A DNA stretch of 64,000 nt, from NCBI RefSeq assembly GCF_039654945.1, contig NW_027361925.1, positions 6,076,001 to 6,140,000 on the forward strand, written 5' to 3'. The notes under the pieces were generated by a model that was not told where the DNA came from, searched no databases, and saw only the letters and a program-made list of their open reading frames with translations. Source of the DNA: Dendrobates tinctorius (Eukaryota). Position numbers and translations under genes: made by a program. Positions 1 to 10,538 of this stretch are shown in pieces; position 1 is the first letter of the stretch; every line of letters begins with the position of its first letter.

Positions 1-1277
1 CAGTCCGCCAGCCCTAACAGTACACTAGTGCCAGGGTCTGGCTAGTAATGGCGGACGAACAGTGACCCCAGCGGTACATCCAACAGCTAGAGGGCAGGTT
101 GTCCACTCTCAAGCGGGCAAATTCAGCTGTGGATCTTACCGCAGTGACGGCTCAAGCAGTCAGCAAAGCCGCCACTATGGTTTCTGCTGCCATCTGCCAA
201 CCCTAACACCCTTTCAATGAAATAGAGCTTATCTATGTGTATGTAAAGATATGTGTATAAAGGGGTCTCTGAGACAAGAGCTGTGTTGAACCAGCTGGTT
301 AGCGAAACTGGGGGAAAAGATATAGGCCAGGAAGAAAGTATTTGAATATTTACTGAGTAAATACAATGAGTACAGGACTTCAGATAATGCAAGATAATCT
401 GGCTGAGCTACCTATTGCTTAATGTGCTAGAGGTGACTGCAATTGAAACAGCAACAGAAATTATTTCATGTCTGTGATTATACACCTTTTGTGTCCAAGC
501 CAGTTGACTGTCCATAATACAATGGCAGGAGAGACTGGACCTTCCTATAGTACATACCAGGTTCTATGGTCCAAAACTTTGAGGCTTTCCAGAATTTCAA
601 TCCAGGAGCTCATTTCTACTTCTGAGCTTTAGGACACTGTCACACGTCCGTTTTTCATGTCCATAAACAGTCCATTTTTTAAGGACCGCAAATACGCACA
701 CACACCCATTGCATTCAATGGTGGTGCGGACATATCAGGTTCATCACAAGTCCTGTGGGTCCATGTGAAAAACCCACAGACATGTCAGTTTTAATCAGCA
801 GTACGTCCCATACACATGTACAATGATAATACACGGATGACATCTGTGTGTCATCAACGTGACAGGTACTGATGCTTAGGAAAAAGTGGCACAGTACACA
901 ATGTTCCCAGGCGACGGGTGCTGAAGACAGCTCTGTCAGTGTCACCTGCTCTCCCTGAGCTCAGCACAACCAGGCGACAATGATGGGAGTTGTATTCAGC
1001 ATCCGCTGTGTACATTGTGTGTAAAATTAAGAGTTAAATAAAAAAAATTGGCGTAGGCTGTCGCATAATTTTGATAACCAGCAGAGGTAAAGCCCACAGT
1101 TGGAGGCTGATATTACTAATCTGGGAAAGGGGACAATATCCCAAAAGGTCCCCAGGCTCTTACTCACAGCTCACAGCTGTTTGCTAAGCTTTTACTGGTT
1201 AGTTTACATGGAACCTCAGAAAAAAGTGGCAATGGGCCCCTCTATAAATTCTAACCAGCAAAGGCAAAACAGACATA

Positions 1278-2176
1278 CACTCACTGGCCACTTTATTAGG
1301 TACACCATGCTAGTAACGGGTTGGACCCCCTTTTGCCTTCAGAACTGCCTCAATTCTTCGTGGCAGAGATTCAACAAGGTGCTGGAAGCATTCCTCAGAG
1401 ATTTTGGACCATATTGACATGATGGCATCACACAGTTGGCGCAGATTTGTCGGCTGCACATCCCTGATGCGAATCTCCCGTTCCACCACATCCCAAAGAT
1501 GCTCTATTGGATTGAGATCTGGTGACTGAGGAGGCCATTTGAGTACAGTGAACTCATTGTCATGTTCAAGAAACCAATCTGAGATGATTCGAGCTTTATG
1601 ACATGGCGCATTATCCTGCTGAAAGTAGCCATCAGATGCCTGTTCTTAGCTGAGAGGAGTGGTACCCAGTGTGGTCTTCTGCTGCTGTAGCCCATCTGCC
1701 TCAAAGTTCGACGCACTGTGCGTTCAGAGATGCTCTTCTGCCTACCTTGGTTGTAACGGGTGGCAATTTGAGTCACTGTTGCCTTTCTATCAGCTCGAAC
1801 CAGTATGCCCATTCTCCTCTGACCTCTGGCATCAACAAGGCATTTCCGGCCACAGAACTGCCGCTCACTGGATTTTTTTTCTTTTTCGGACCATTCTCTG
1901 TAAACCCTAGAGATGGTTGTGCGTGAAAATCCCAGTAGATCAGCAGTTTCTGAAATACTCAGACCAGCCCTTCTGGCACCAACAATCATGCCACGTTCAA
2001 AGGCACTCAAATCACCTTTCTTCCCCATACTGATGCTCGGTTTGAACTGCAGGAGATTGTCTTGACCATGTCTACATGCCTAAATGCACTGAGTTGCCGC
2101 CATGTGATTGGCTGATTAGAAATTAAGTCTTAACACACAGTTGGACAGGTGTACCTAATAAAGTGGCCAGTGAGTG
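1278..2176 (-). mobile_element. Tc1/mariner element, internally deleted (transposase N-terminal HTH at 1504-2028)
   Basis: TIRs CACTCACTGGCCACTTTATTAGGTACACC at both ends, TA on both flanks. ORF MGKKGDLSAFERGMIVGARRAGLSISETADLLGFSRTTISRVY is a paired-like Tc1 DNA-binding domain; the catalytic region is partly deleted and frameshifted. Confidence 0.93.
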
Positions 2177-3818
2177 TATATGGGCTGATATTTATAGCCT
2201 GGGAAGGGGCCAGCTGTAGTGATCACTGGGTGTACAGATGGAACAGAAGCTGATGGCTCCCAGTCGTCTCTGCTATGCAGTGAGGAGGTCCCATTTATAG
2301 GGGAAATGGGTAAAGAAAAGTATTTAAATAATAAGTCCCTAATGTTCTTTTTTTGACCCAATGGGGGTCACACTGTCTTAAATACATGAAAAATAATTGA
2401 ATAAATAAAAAGCAGGAAAATGAAAAAAAGATGCCAATCCAAATTGCTGTTACTAGCAAGAGAACACATTTTTAAGTATTTTTCAGTGGTCCTTTATTGA
2501 CCAATGAAAAAAGCAGATACATACACAAAAACAGACACATACAGTGGCATGTACAAGTTTGGGCACCCCTGGTCAAAATTACTGTTACTGTGAACAGTTA
2601 AGCAAGTTGAAGATAAAATGATCTCTTAAAGGCCTAAAGTTAAAGATGACACATTTCCTTTGTATTTTAGGAACAAAAATATATATTTACATCTTTTACC
2701 TTTTTAAAAATTACAAAAAGGAAAATGTGCAGATGCAAAAGTTTGGGCACTCTGCATGGTTAATACATAGTATTAGAAGTATAACTGCTTGTAAATTCTT
2801 TTTGTAGCCAGACAAGAGTCTTTCAGTTCCTGTGTGAGAGATTTTCATCCATTCCTCCTTGGAAAATTCCTCCAGTTCTGTGCGATTCCTGGGTCGTCTT
2901 GCATGCACTGCTATTTTGAGGTCTAGCCACAGATTTTCAATGATGTTCAGATCAGGGGACTGTGAGGGCCATTGTAAAACCTTCAGCTTGTGCCTTTTGA
3001 GGTTGTCTGTTGTGAATTTTGACGTGTGTTTAGGATCATTATCCACTTGTAGATACCATCCTCTTTTCACCTTCAGCTTTTTACAGATGGTGTTATGTTT
3101 GCATCAAGAATTTGTTGAAATTTCATTGAATCCATTCTTCCCTCTACCCGTGAAATGTTCCCCGTGTGATTGGCTGCAACACAACCCCACAACATGATTG
3201 TTCCACCCCCATACTTAATGGTTGGTGACATCTCTTTTCCTGAAATTCTGTGCACTTTTTTCTCCACACATAGCTTTGATCACTGTCGCCAAAGAGTTAT
3301 ATTTTAACCTCATTGATCTATAGGACTTGTTTCCAAAATGCATCAGGCTTATTTAGATGTTCTTTGGAATACTGCTGAATTTTAGGGCTCATACTTACTT
3401 GCAAGAAAAACGGACGAGTGCAATCTGATAAAAAAATCGGATTGCACTCGGACCAATGTTATTCAGTGGGTGACATCTCATCTGCGATTCTTTTCTCAGC
3501 TGAAATCCTGCTGAGAAAAAAAAATCGCAGCATGCTGTGATTTGCATCGTATCTCGGACCCAATGCAAGTCAATGGGTGCATTTCTTCTGATGACTCTTC
3601 CATGAAGGTCATATTTGTGCAGGGGTTTTTGAACAGTAGAACAACGTACCACAGCTTGAGAGTTTGCTAAATCTTTCTGATGGTTCTGATTTGCTTCTCT
3701 AACAATCCTACGAGCATCTCTCACTGTAATTTTGCTTGGTCTTCCAGATCTTATCTTGATCTCCACTGTCCCTGTTAACTGTCATTTTTTAGTTACATTT
3801 CGAACTGAGGAAAGGACA

Positions 3819-4467
3819 TGTAATGATACACAGCAAGGGTCTATCCAGAGGTGAAACTAAGGGGGGCACTAGGCAGGGAACACAGGCTAGCAAGGAGGTA
3901 GTGTGGGCACCGCCATGTGCCGTGCACACCTGACTGTAGCCCAGCTGGACGCGTGAGGTCAGAAGGAACGATGGGGCAGAGCCAACTACCACGGGACAGG
4001 ACGGGTGCCGGCTGGAAGTGGTAACGGGGATGTAGTCAGAAGGGAATCGAGGGTCGGAACCCAGATGGGGTAAATGGGAGTTGGAGGATGAGACGAGAGA
4101 GAATTCAATAACGAGCTGGGGGTCAGAGGCCAGGAGGGAGCTCGGTATACAAGGGCAGGACAGGAGAGTAGACAGGAGGGAAGCCGAGTGTCAGAAGCCA
4201 GAGAAGTCAGAACAGTACAGAAACGGGAGACGAGTAAGGGAACAAACCGGGTCATACACAGACATACACAAGCATACAGAGAAACAACGATGGATAACTG
4301 AGAAACCTGGGTCAGCTGCTCTAGCCGAGTAAACGGAAGTATCACCGACACCAGACCCAGGAACACCCAGCATTAAATAGCTACTCCAGAACCACAGAAA
4401 GGTGTACTAATATTAACCCTGGCCTGACCAGGACGGAGACTGAATTATCCCGTCCTGGGTCATGACA
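3819..4467 (-). mobile_element. Solo LTR (probably Gypsy-type) inserted in the Tc1
   Basis: TG...CA ends with short inverted repeat (TGTAATGA / TCATGACA) and degenerate 5-bp flanks GGACA/GTGCA; the Tc1 sequence resumes directly afterwards. Confidence 0.65.
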
Positions 4468-4676
4468 GTGCAATTTGAAAACAATTTGCTATCTTCTTAT
4501 AGCTTTCTCCTGCTTTGTGGGCCTCCACCATTTTCAGAGTGCTAGGCAGCTGCTTAGATGAATACATGGCTGCTGTTTTTTGGCACAAGGTTAGAGGAGG
4601 CTGGGTTTTTATATAGCTGGGAAATTTGCATCACCGGACTTTACTAACTAGGATAGTGAATAAGCCATAACCCTTA

Positions 4677-4768
4677 GGCCAGGATCACTCCGCTCCCGAG
4701 TGCCGGCGGCAGTACCGGGTATTAACATGCAAGACTCGACCTTCTTCCTCACATGTGTGATCCCGGCC
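4677..4768. mobile_element. 92-bp PIF/Harbinger-type MITE
   Basis: TTA|GGCCAGGATCAC...GTGATCCCGGCC|TTA: 3-bp TTA TSD and short TIR. Confidence 0.75.
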
Positions 4769-4942
4769 TTAGAGGCTAATTAAGGTCTGAAATCTTGGTC
4801 AAAGTTTTATGAGCACACAAATCTCCAAAAGTGCTCAAACTTTTACATCTTTAACTTTAGGCCTTTCATAGATTATTTCATTTTCACCTTGCTTATTTGT
4901 TCACAATAACAGTCATTTTGACCAGGGGTGCTCAAACTTTTA

Positions 4943-6850
4943 TATAATAATAATCTTTATATAGCGCCAACATATTCCGCAGCGCTTTACAATTTAACAG
5001 TTTCAAAACACAAGTGTTAAGTAACAACGTTAACAATACAATAATTAAAGCAAAATAAGACGAAATTCGACAACTCTGCTCGTGAGAGCTTACAATCTAC
5101 AATGAGGTGGGGGAGATACAAAGTACAGGTGTGTATTTACAATTGTATATTTACAATGAAAGTCCAGCCATCTTGAGGGAGTGAAGGATGGATGGAGATA
5201 GTGAATGGGCTACACACGCACTTACACATAGAATGACTTTGAATAGTGAACGAGATAAGCCGCTCTGAACAAATGTGTTTTGAGGGAGCGCCTAAAACTA
5301 TGCAAATTGTGGTTAGTTTTAATTTCTTGGGGTAGAGCATTCCAGAGGATAGGAGCAGCATGGGAGAAGTCTTGGAGTCGGGAGTGGGAGGTACGGATTA
5401 GTGCAGAGGTTAGTCGAAAGTCGTTTGCAGAGCGCAGCGATCGGCTAGGCCAATAGACAGAAATGAGGGAGGAGATGTAGGGGGGTGCCGCACCGTGGAG
5501 AGCTTTGTGGGTGAGAACAAGTACTTTGAATTGGATCCTATAATGAATGGGCAGCCAGTGTAATGACTGACGAAGAGCGGACACGTCCGAGTACCGATTA
5601 GCCAGATGGACGACCCTGGCTGCTGCTTTAAGTATGGACTGGAGAGGGGATAGTCGAGTGACAGGGAGGCCAATTAATAGAGCGTTGCAGTAATCCAGGC
5701 GGGAGTGGATCAATGCTACAGTGAAGGTTTTTGTTGTTTCCATGGTGAGAAAAGGGCGGATTCTAGAGATGTTCTTTAGGTGTAAGCGGCAAGAGCGGAC
5801 AAGAGATTGTATATGGGATGTGAAGGAGAGATTGATGTCAAACATAACACCCAGACAGCGCGCCTGCTGCCGGGGTGTTTTTGTGGTACCACCCACGGAG
5901 AGGGAAATGTCAGATTTAGGGAGGTTAGTAGACAGCGGGAGCAGAAGAAGTTCAGTTTTGGAGAGGTTGAGTTTCAGATCGAGAGTGGACATGATATTGT
6001 AGACTGCGGACAGACAGTCACTGGCGTTCTGTAGTACAGCTGACGTAAGGTCGGGGAATGATGTATATAGTTGTGTGTCATCAGCATAAAGATGGTACTG
6101 AAAGCCAAATCTGCTGATGGTCTGTCCAATTGGGGATGTGTAGAGAGAGAAGAGAAGGTGGCCAAGGACTGAGCCCTGAGGTACCCCGACAGCAAGAGGA
6201 AGAGGAGATGAAGTGGAGCCAGAGAACAAAACACTGAAGGAGCGGTCAGAGCGATAGGAAGAGAACCAGGAGAGAGCAGTGTCCTTAATGCCTAGTGACT
6301 GGAGCCTAGAGAGTAGGAGATGGTGGTCAACAGTATCAAAAGCTGCAGATATGTCAAGAATGAGCAGAGAGTGGTCACCGTTACGTTTTGCTGTCAGAAG
6401 GTCATTGGTCACTTTGATGAGTGCAGTTTCAGTCGAATGTAGGGGGCGGAAGCCGGACTGTGAAGGGTCTAGAAGGGAGTGAGTGGAGTGGTAACGGTTA
6501 AGATGGGAGTAAACTAGGCGCTCCAAAAGTTTAGAGATGAAGGGGAGATTGGAGACTGGTCTGTAGTTGTTTGTGCAGGATGGGTCGAGAGCGGGTTTCT
6601 TTAGTAATGGAGTAACGATGGCGTGTTTGAAGGAGGATGAGAAAATGCCCGAGGAGAGGGAGAGATTAAAGATTGTAGTTAGGTGGGTTGTGACGACTAG
6701 AGAGAGAGACTGGAGGAGATGTGAGGGAATGGGGTCGGTAGTGCATGTAGTCGGACGAGAAGAAGAGAGGAGTCTGGAGACTTCTTCTTCTGTGATAGGA
6801 TCAAATGTGGAAAGTGAGCCAGGGGAGATGCAGGAAGGGATGGGAGTCAC
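4943..6850 (-). mobile_element. 5'-truncated L2 (CR1/L2 group) LINE; RT ORF 5222-6850
   Basis: 542-aa ORF with RT motifs [50 protein letters not shown]; L2-type C-terminus (LHWLPI...[10 protein letters not shown]); (TAA)n-type tail at ~4943-4960. Confidence 0.93.
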
Positions 6851-6977
6851 AGCACTTGGTGGTTGTCAACTATGCCACTCTAAAGTATTTCCTTTATTTT
6901 CCCACCAATGCTGCCTGATATCTGCAGAAAATAAAAACAGAGAGTATGAAAATAACATAAAGACTTCACTTCACGGA

Positions 6978-7118
6978 TCATACTGATAGGGAATTTAGAT
7001 TGTGAGCCCCATCGGGGACAGTGATGATGATGTGTGCAAACTGTAAAGCGCTGCAGAATATGTTAGTGCTATATAAAAGTGAAGATTATTATTATAAAAA
7101 TAAAGATTATTTATTATC
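6978..7118 (+). mobile_element. 3' fragment of SINE with L2-like tail
   Basis: Near-identical to the 3' half of the SINE at 61324-61580 (TACTGATAGGGAATTTAGATTGTGAGCCCC...TGTAAAGCGCTG...GATTATTATTA). Confidence 0.8.
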
Positions 7119-7275
7119 ATGAAAAAAAATGTTACAAAAATTATTTAAATATCTGAAGTAGGAAAATGATGGCAGCTCTGTAAATCACATGTATGAAAAA
7201 CCCTGAAACTGCGCCTGGTAAGGAATGGGGGTTAATGACATGGTCGCTAGTAAATCTGCCAAGCTGTAGTTATAA

Positions 7276-7649
7276 GGCTGTGTGCACACGATGCAGATTT
7301 GCAGCGGTTCCACAGCGGATTTTACCGCGCAGAAACGTTGCATATCCGCATTGCGATGTACAGTAGCCTTAAAATCAATGTAAAAAAAAAAACCGCTGTG
7401 CAGACGCTGCGGATTTTTCCGCCCGGTTTTCCCGCGGTACAAAATCCGCAGCATGTTACTTCTTTTGTGCGGTTTTCCATCTCCCCTGTCACCAAATCCG
7501 CAGGGGGAAAACCGCGATGGAAAACCGCACAAAAACCGCATGAAAAATGGAAGAAATCCGCAGGAAAAATGCAGGTCATTTGACCTGCGGATTTCTTCCA
7601 TTCTGCGCGGAAAAATCCACAGGGCCAAAAAGTCTGTCTGCACTCAGCC
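7276..7649. mobile_element. PIF/Harbinger-type MITE
   Basis: TAA|GGCTGTGTGCA...TGCACTCAGCC|TAA; internal repeated AATCCGCA/TGCGGATT motifs. Confidence 0.8.
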
Positions 7650-7998
7650 TAAATGTTCATTCTTGGTGGTTCACGCATTTTAAAACGAAATCTGTCACCA
7701 GGTGTTTGCTACCTCATCTGAGAGCAGCATAATGTGGGAAGAGAGACACTGATTCCAACGATGTGTCACTTATTTTACTGGCTGCGGCAGTTGTGATGCC
7801 ATCAGAGTTTTTAGATGTAGCATGTTACAGACCTCAGAAAGCTGCCCCCATCCACACCACAGTTTTCTGAGTACATTGTATAGTGACAATAAGCTGCTAA
7901 TCAGTGCTAGGGGCGGCGTTGGACCAGAAGGAAGGGGAGCTGGAGTCGTGTAGTGATAATCCCCTGCTGATAAAACACTCATTATATTGAAGTACCAG

Positions 7999-9737
7999 CA
8001 GGCCCGGATTGGTAATATAACCAACCAGGCATTTTCCCGCTGGGCCGCTGTCATGTGGGCCACAGGCGGCAGCGCCCGCTCATCTGGCCGCTTGCCAGCT
8101 GGTTGCTATTCCTGCCGCCGGCCCTCTGCGGGCACGGCGGTTATAGTTTCCAACCCTTCTGCACTGCAGGGAGATAAGCCGCCACGCCTCCCCATGCACC
8201 CCATCCTCGCCCTAGCTTGAGACCTCCCCCACGCAGCCACTCACAGCGTCGCTTGCCTGCGCTCTTCTCTGTACACAGGACCTGTGATGAGATCACAGGA
8301 GGGGAAGAGTCAGGGGTCACATGATCAGGAGCCTTTGTCCAGACCCCTGATCATGTGACCCCTGACTCCGCCCCTCCTGTGACCTCATCACAGGTCCTTT
8401 GTGCTCAGCCTTGCCTCTTGGTGTCTGCCAGACTCTGCTGTGCTGGTTGTCATGGTGCTGGATGAGGTAAGTATGTGTGGGGTCAGGAGGGGTTTACAGG
8501 GTAGATGTAGCAGAGCTGTGTGTGTACGAGGTGTACAGAGCGGAGCCGCACGTGTACGGAGCGGAGCCAAGTGTGTACGAAGCATACAAAGCGGGCTTTT
8601 CCCACGGACACAGGAGTACACGGCGGAGCCCTGAGGAGCATTTTAAAACTCGCACATGACGTTCCACCTGGAGTGATGTGCTGGAAGCTGACCGGAAATG
8701 AGGTAATTTCATGAGGAGATTGTGACGGAACTAGGAATGCTTCAGTTCCGTCAACCTGTCCTCCTCCGACAGCGCAGTCAGCAGGATCGCCTTGGAATCG
8801 GGGATGCCGGCCATGTGAGCGGATCATGATATGTCCTGCATCGGGAGGCTCAGGTAGGCATTACAATGGGAGCTGGACTGCTATAGTATCTTTATAGAAT
8901 CTTTCTTTATTTCTTTCTCTTTTTTTCTTTCTTTCTCTGTTTTTCTTTCTCATTCTCTGTTCTGTCTTTCCCTCATTTTCTTTCTCTCTCTGTTCTTTCT
9001 TTCTCTCTCTAATCTTTCTTTTTTCTCTCTCTCTGTTCTTTCTTTCCCCTCTTTCTTTTTCTTTCCTCTTTCTTTCTCTCTGTTCTTTCTTTTCTTCTTT
9101 CTTTCTCTCTCTGCTCTTTCTCTGTCTCTTTCTGTTCTTTCTTTCCCCTCTTTCTTTCCCCTTTCTTTCTCTCTCTCTCTGCTTTCTGTTTTCTTCTTTC
9201 TCTGTTTTCTCTCTTCCTTAGTACCAGCCACTGAGCCCATAATGCCAGCCACTGTGCCCTCAGTACCAGCCAGTGTGATCAGCAGTGCTAAATGGGTGCC
9301 GTTGGGCATGGACATGGGTGTGACTAGTTGCGAAATGGATGTGGCCGGGCCGTGGCCTAAAATTTGCAGTGGCGCGCTGCGCTGCGCGCGCCGCAGTCTT
9401 TGTCCCTCTTTCCCTTCTTCAACAGTTGGGAGGTATGATAGGGGCGGCTATGACCAGGGGGTCTGGTTGCCCAATGGATATCAGTTCTGCCAGGAATTCT
9501 GTCACCATGCGTACAAAAGGGGACAGAGCTTTGGGAGGAGTACTGTACCTAAAAGCAATAAATAGGACTGAGCTGAAATACTGGGCACAGCTGTGACTAC
9601 ATGTTATATAGTCGTGTTAATCTCCTCTCACTTCTTGCAACCTACAAGTGTACAAAGATATTATATAGTCACCATGTGACTAGTGGGCTGTGTAACTTCA
9701 AATGCCAGGGCTGAATTTTAGTCCCAGTCCAGCCCTG
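7999..9737. mobile_element. Non-autonomous hAT element inserted into a TTAA-type MITE
   Basis: Exact 8-bp TSD AGTACCAG (7991-7998 and 9738-9745); TIRs CAGGCCCGGATTGG / CCAGTCCAGCCCTG. Confidence 0.85.
8900..9218. repeat. CT-rich low-complexity polypyrimidine tract
   Basis: ~320 bp almost exclusively C/T on the + strand. Confidence 0.9.
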
Positions 9738-10538
9738 AGTACCAGTACACAGCCTAGTAAGTGACACATCACTGTACTCAGTGTCTCAGCCCCTACATCA
9801 GGCTGTCCTCAAATAACACTGCAAAAACCTACTGAAAGATTCCTTTAAAAAAATGTCAAGAGCAAAGTAAAAAAAAAATGCAAAAACTAGCAAACATGGT
9901 TTGATACATTGTTGCCAAGGTCTTCTCTTGCTGGAGACGACGTTGCCAATATGTGGCGACAAATTTATCAAAATGTTGTATGAGTGTTTATTCATTTTTT
10001 TTTGCACCTTTAATAACTTATTTTTCTATTCCTCCAGATTCTATATTGAAATAGCAAAAAAATGTGCAAAAAAAAAGTTACATATATACATTAGCTGTGG
10101 GTAAGGCCTCTTTCACACATCAGGTTTTCGCCGTCAGGCGCGATCCGGCGCTTTTGACAGAAACCGGATCCGGCGAAATGCAATGCCGGATCCGGTTTCC
10201 CCCCCATTGACTTGCATTTGCGCCGGATCGCGCCGGATGGCCATGCGTTTCATCCGGTTTTCGCCGGATCCGGCAATGTGTCGCAATGTGTCGCGATCCG
10301 GCGTCTGGAAAAAACGTCTACTGTAACGTTTTTGTCTCCGGCGAAAAAGCCGGACACGCCGGATCCGGCGCGTCCGGCTTTTTCACACAATGAAAGCCTA
10401 TGAGCGCCGCAATGCGCCGGATCCGGCGAAAGCCTGATCCGGCGGCCGGATCCGGTTTTTTGGTCTGAGCATGCTCAGTAGCTCTGCCCACAAGACATAT
10501 ATAAAAGCAAGACAGTGGGACCCACAGCCACACCCAAC

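Larger units (their letters stand above)
2542..4942 (-). mobile_element. Degenerate Tc1 element with long TIRs carrying nested insertions
   Basis: Starts TA|CAGTGGCATGTACAAGTTTGGGCACCCC; matching inverted end GGGGTGCTCAAACTTTTA at ~4925-4942. Transposase fragments (KYGGGTIMLWGC, DNDPKH, SPDLNIIENLW) in ORFs 2711-3267. Confidence 0.88.

Noticed and set aside
1-230. LTR end plus gag start remnant
   Set aside because: Only vague resemblance, an early stop and truncation by the window edge.
8950-9315. K/E/R-rich ORF
   Set aside because: Translation of the CT-rich simple repeat.
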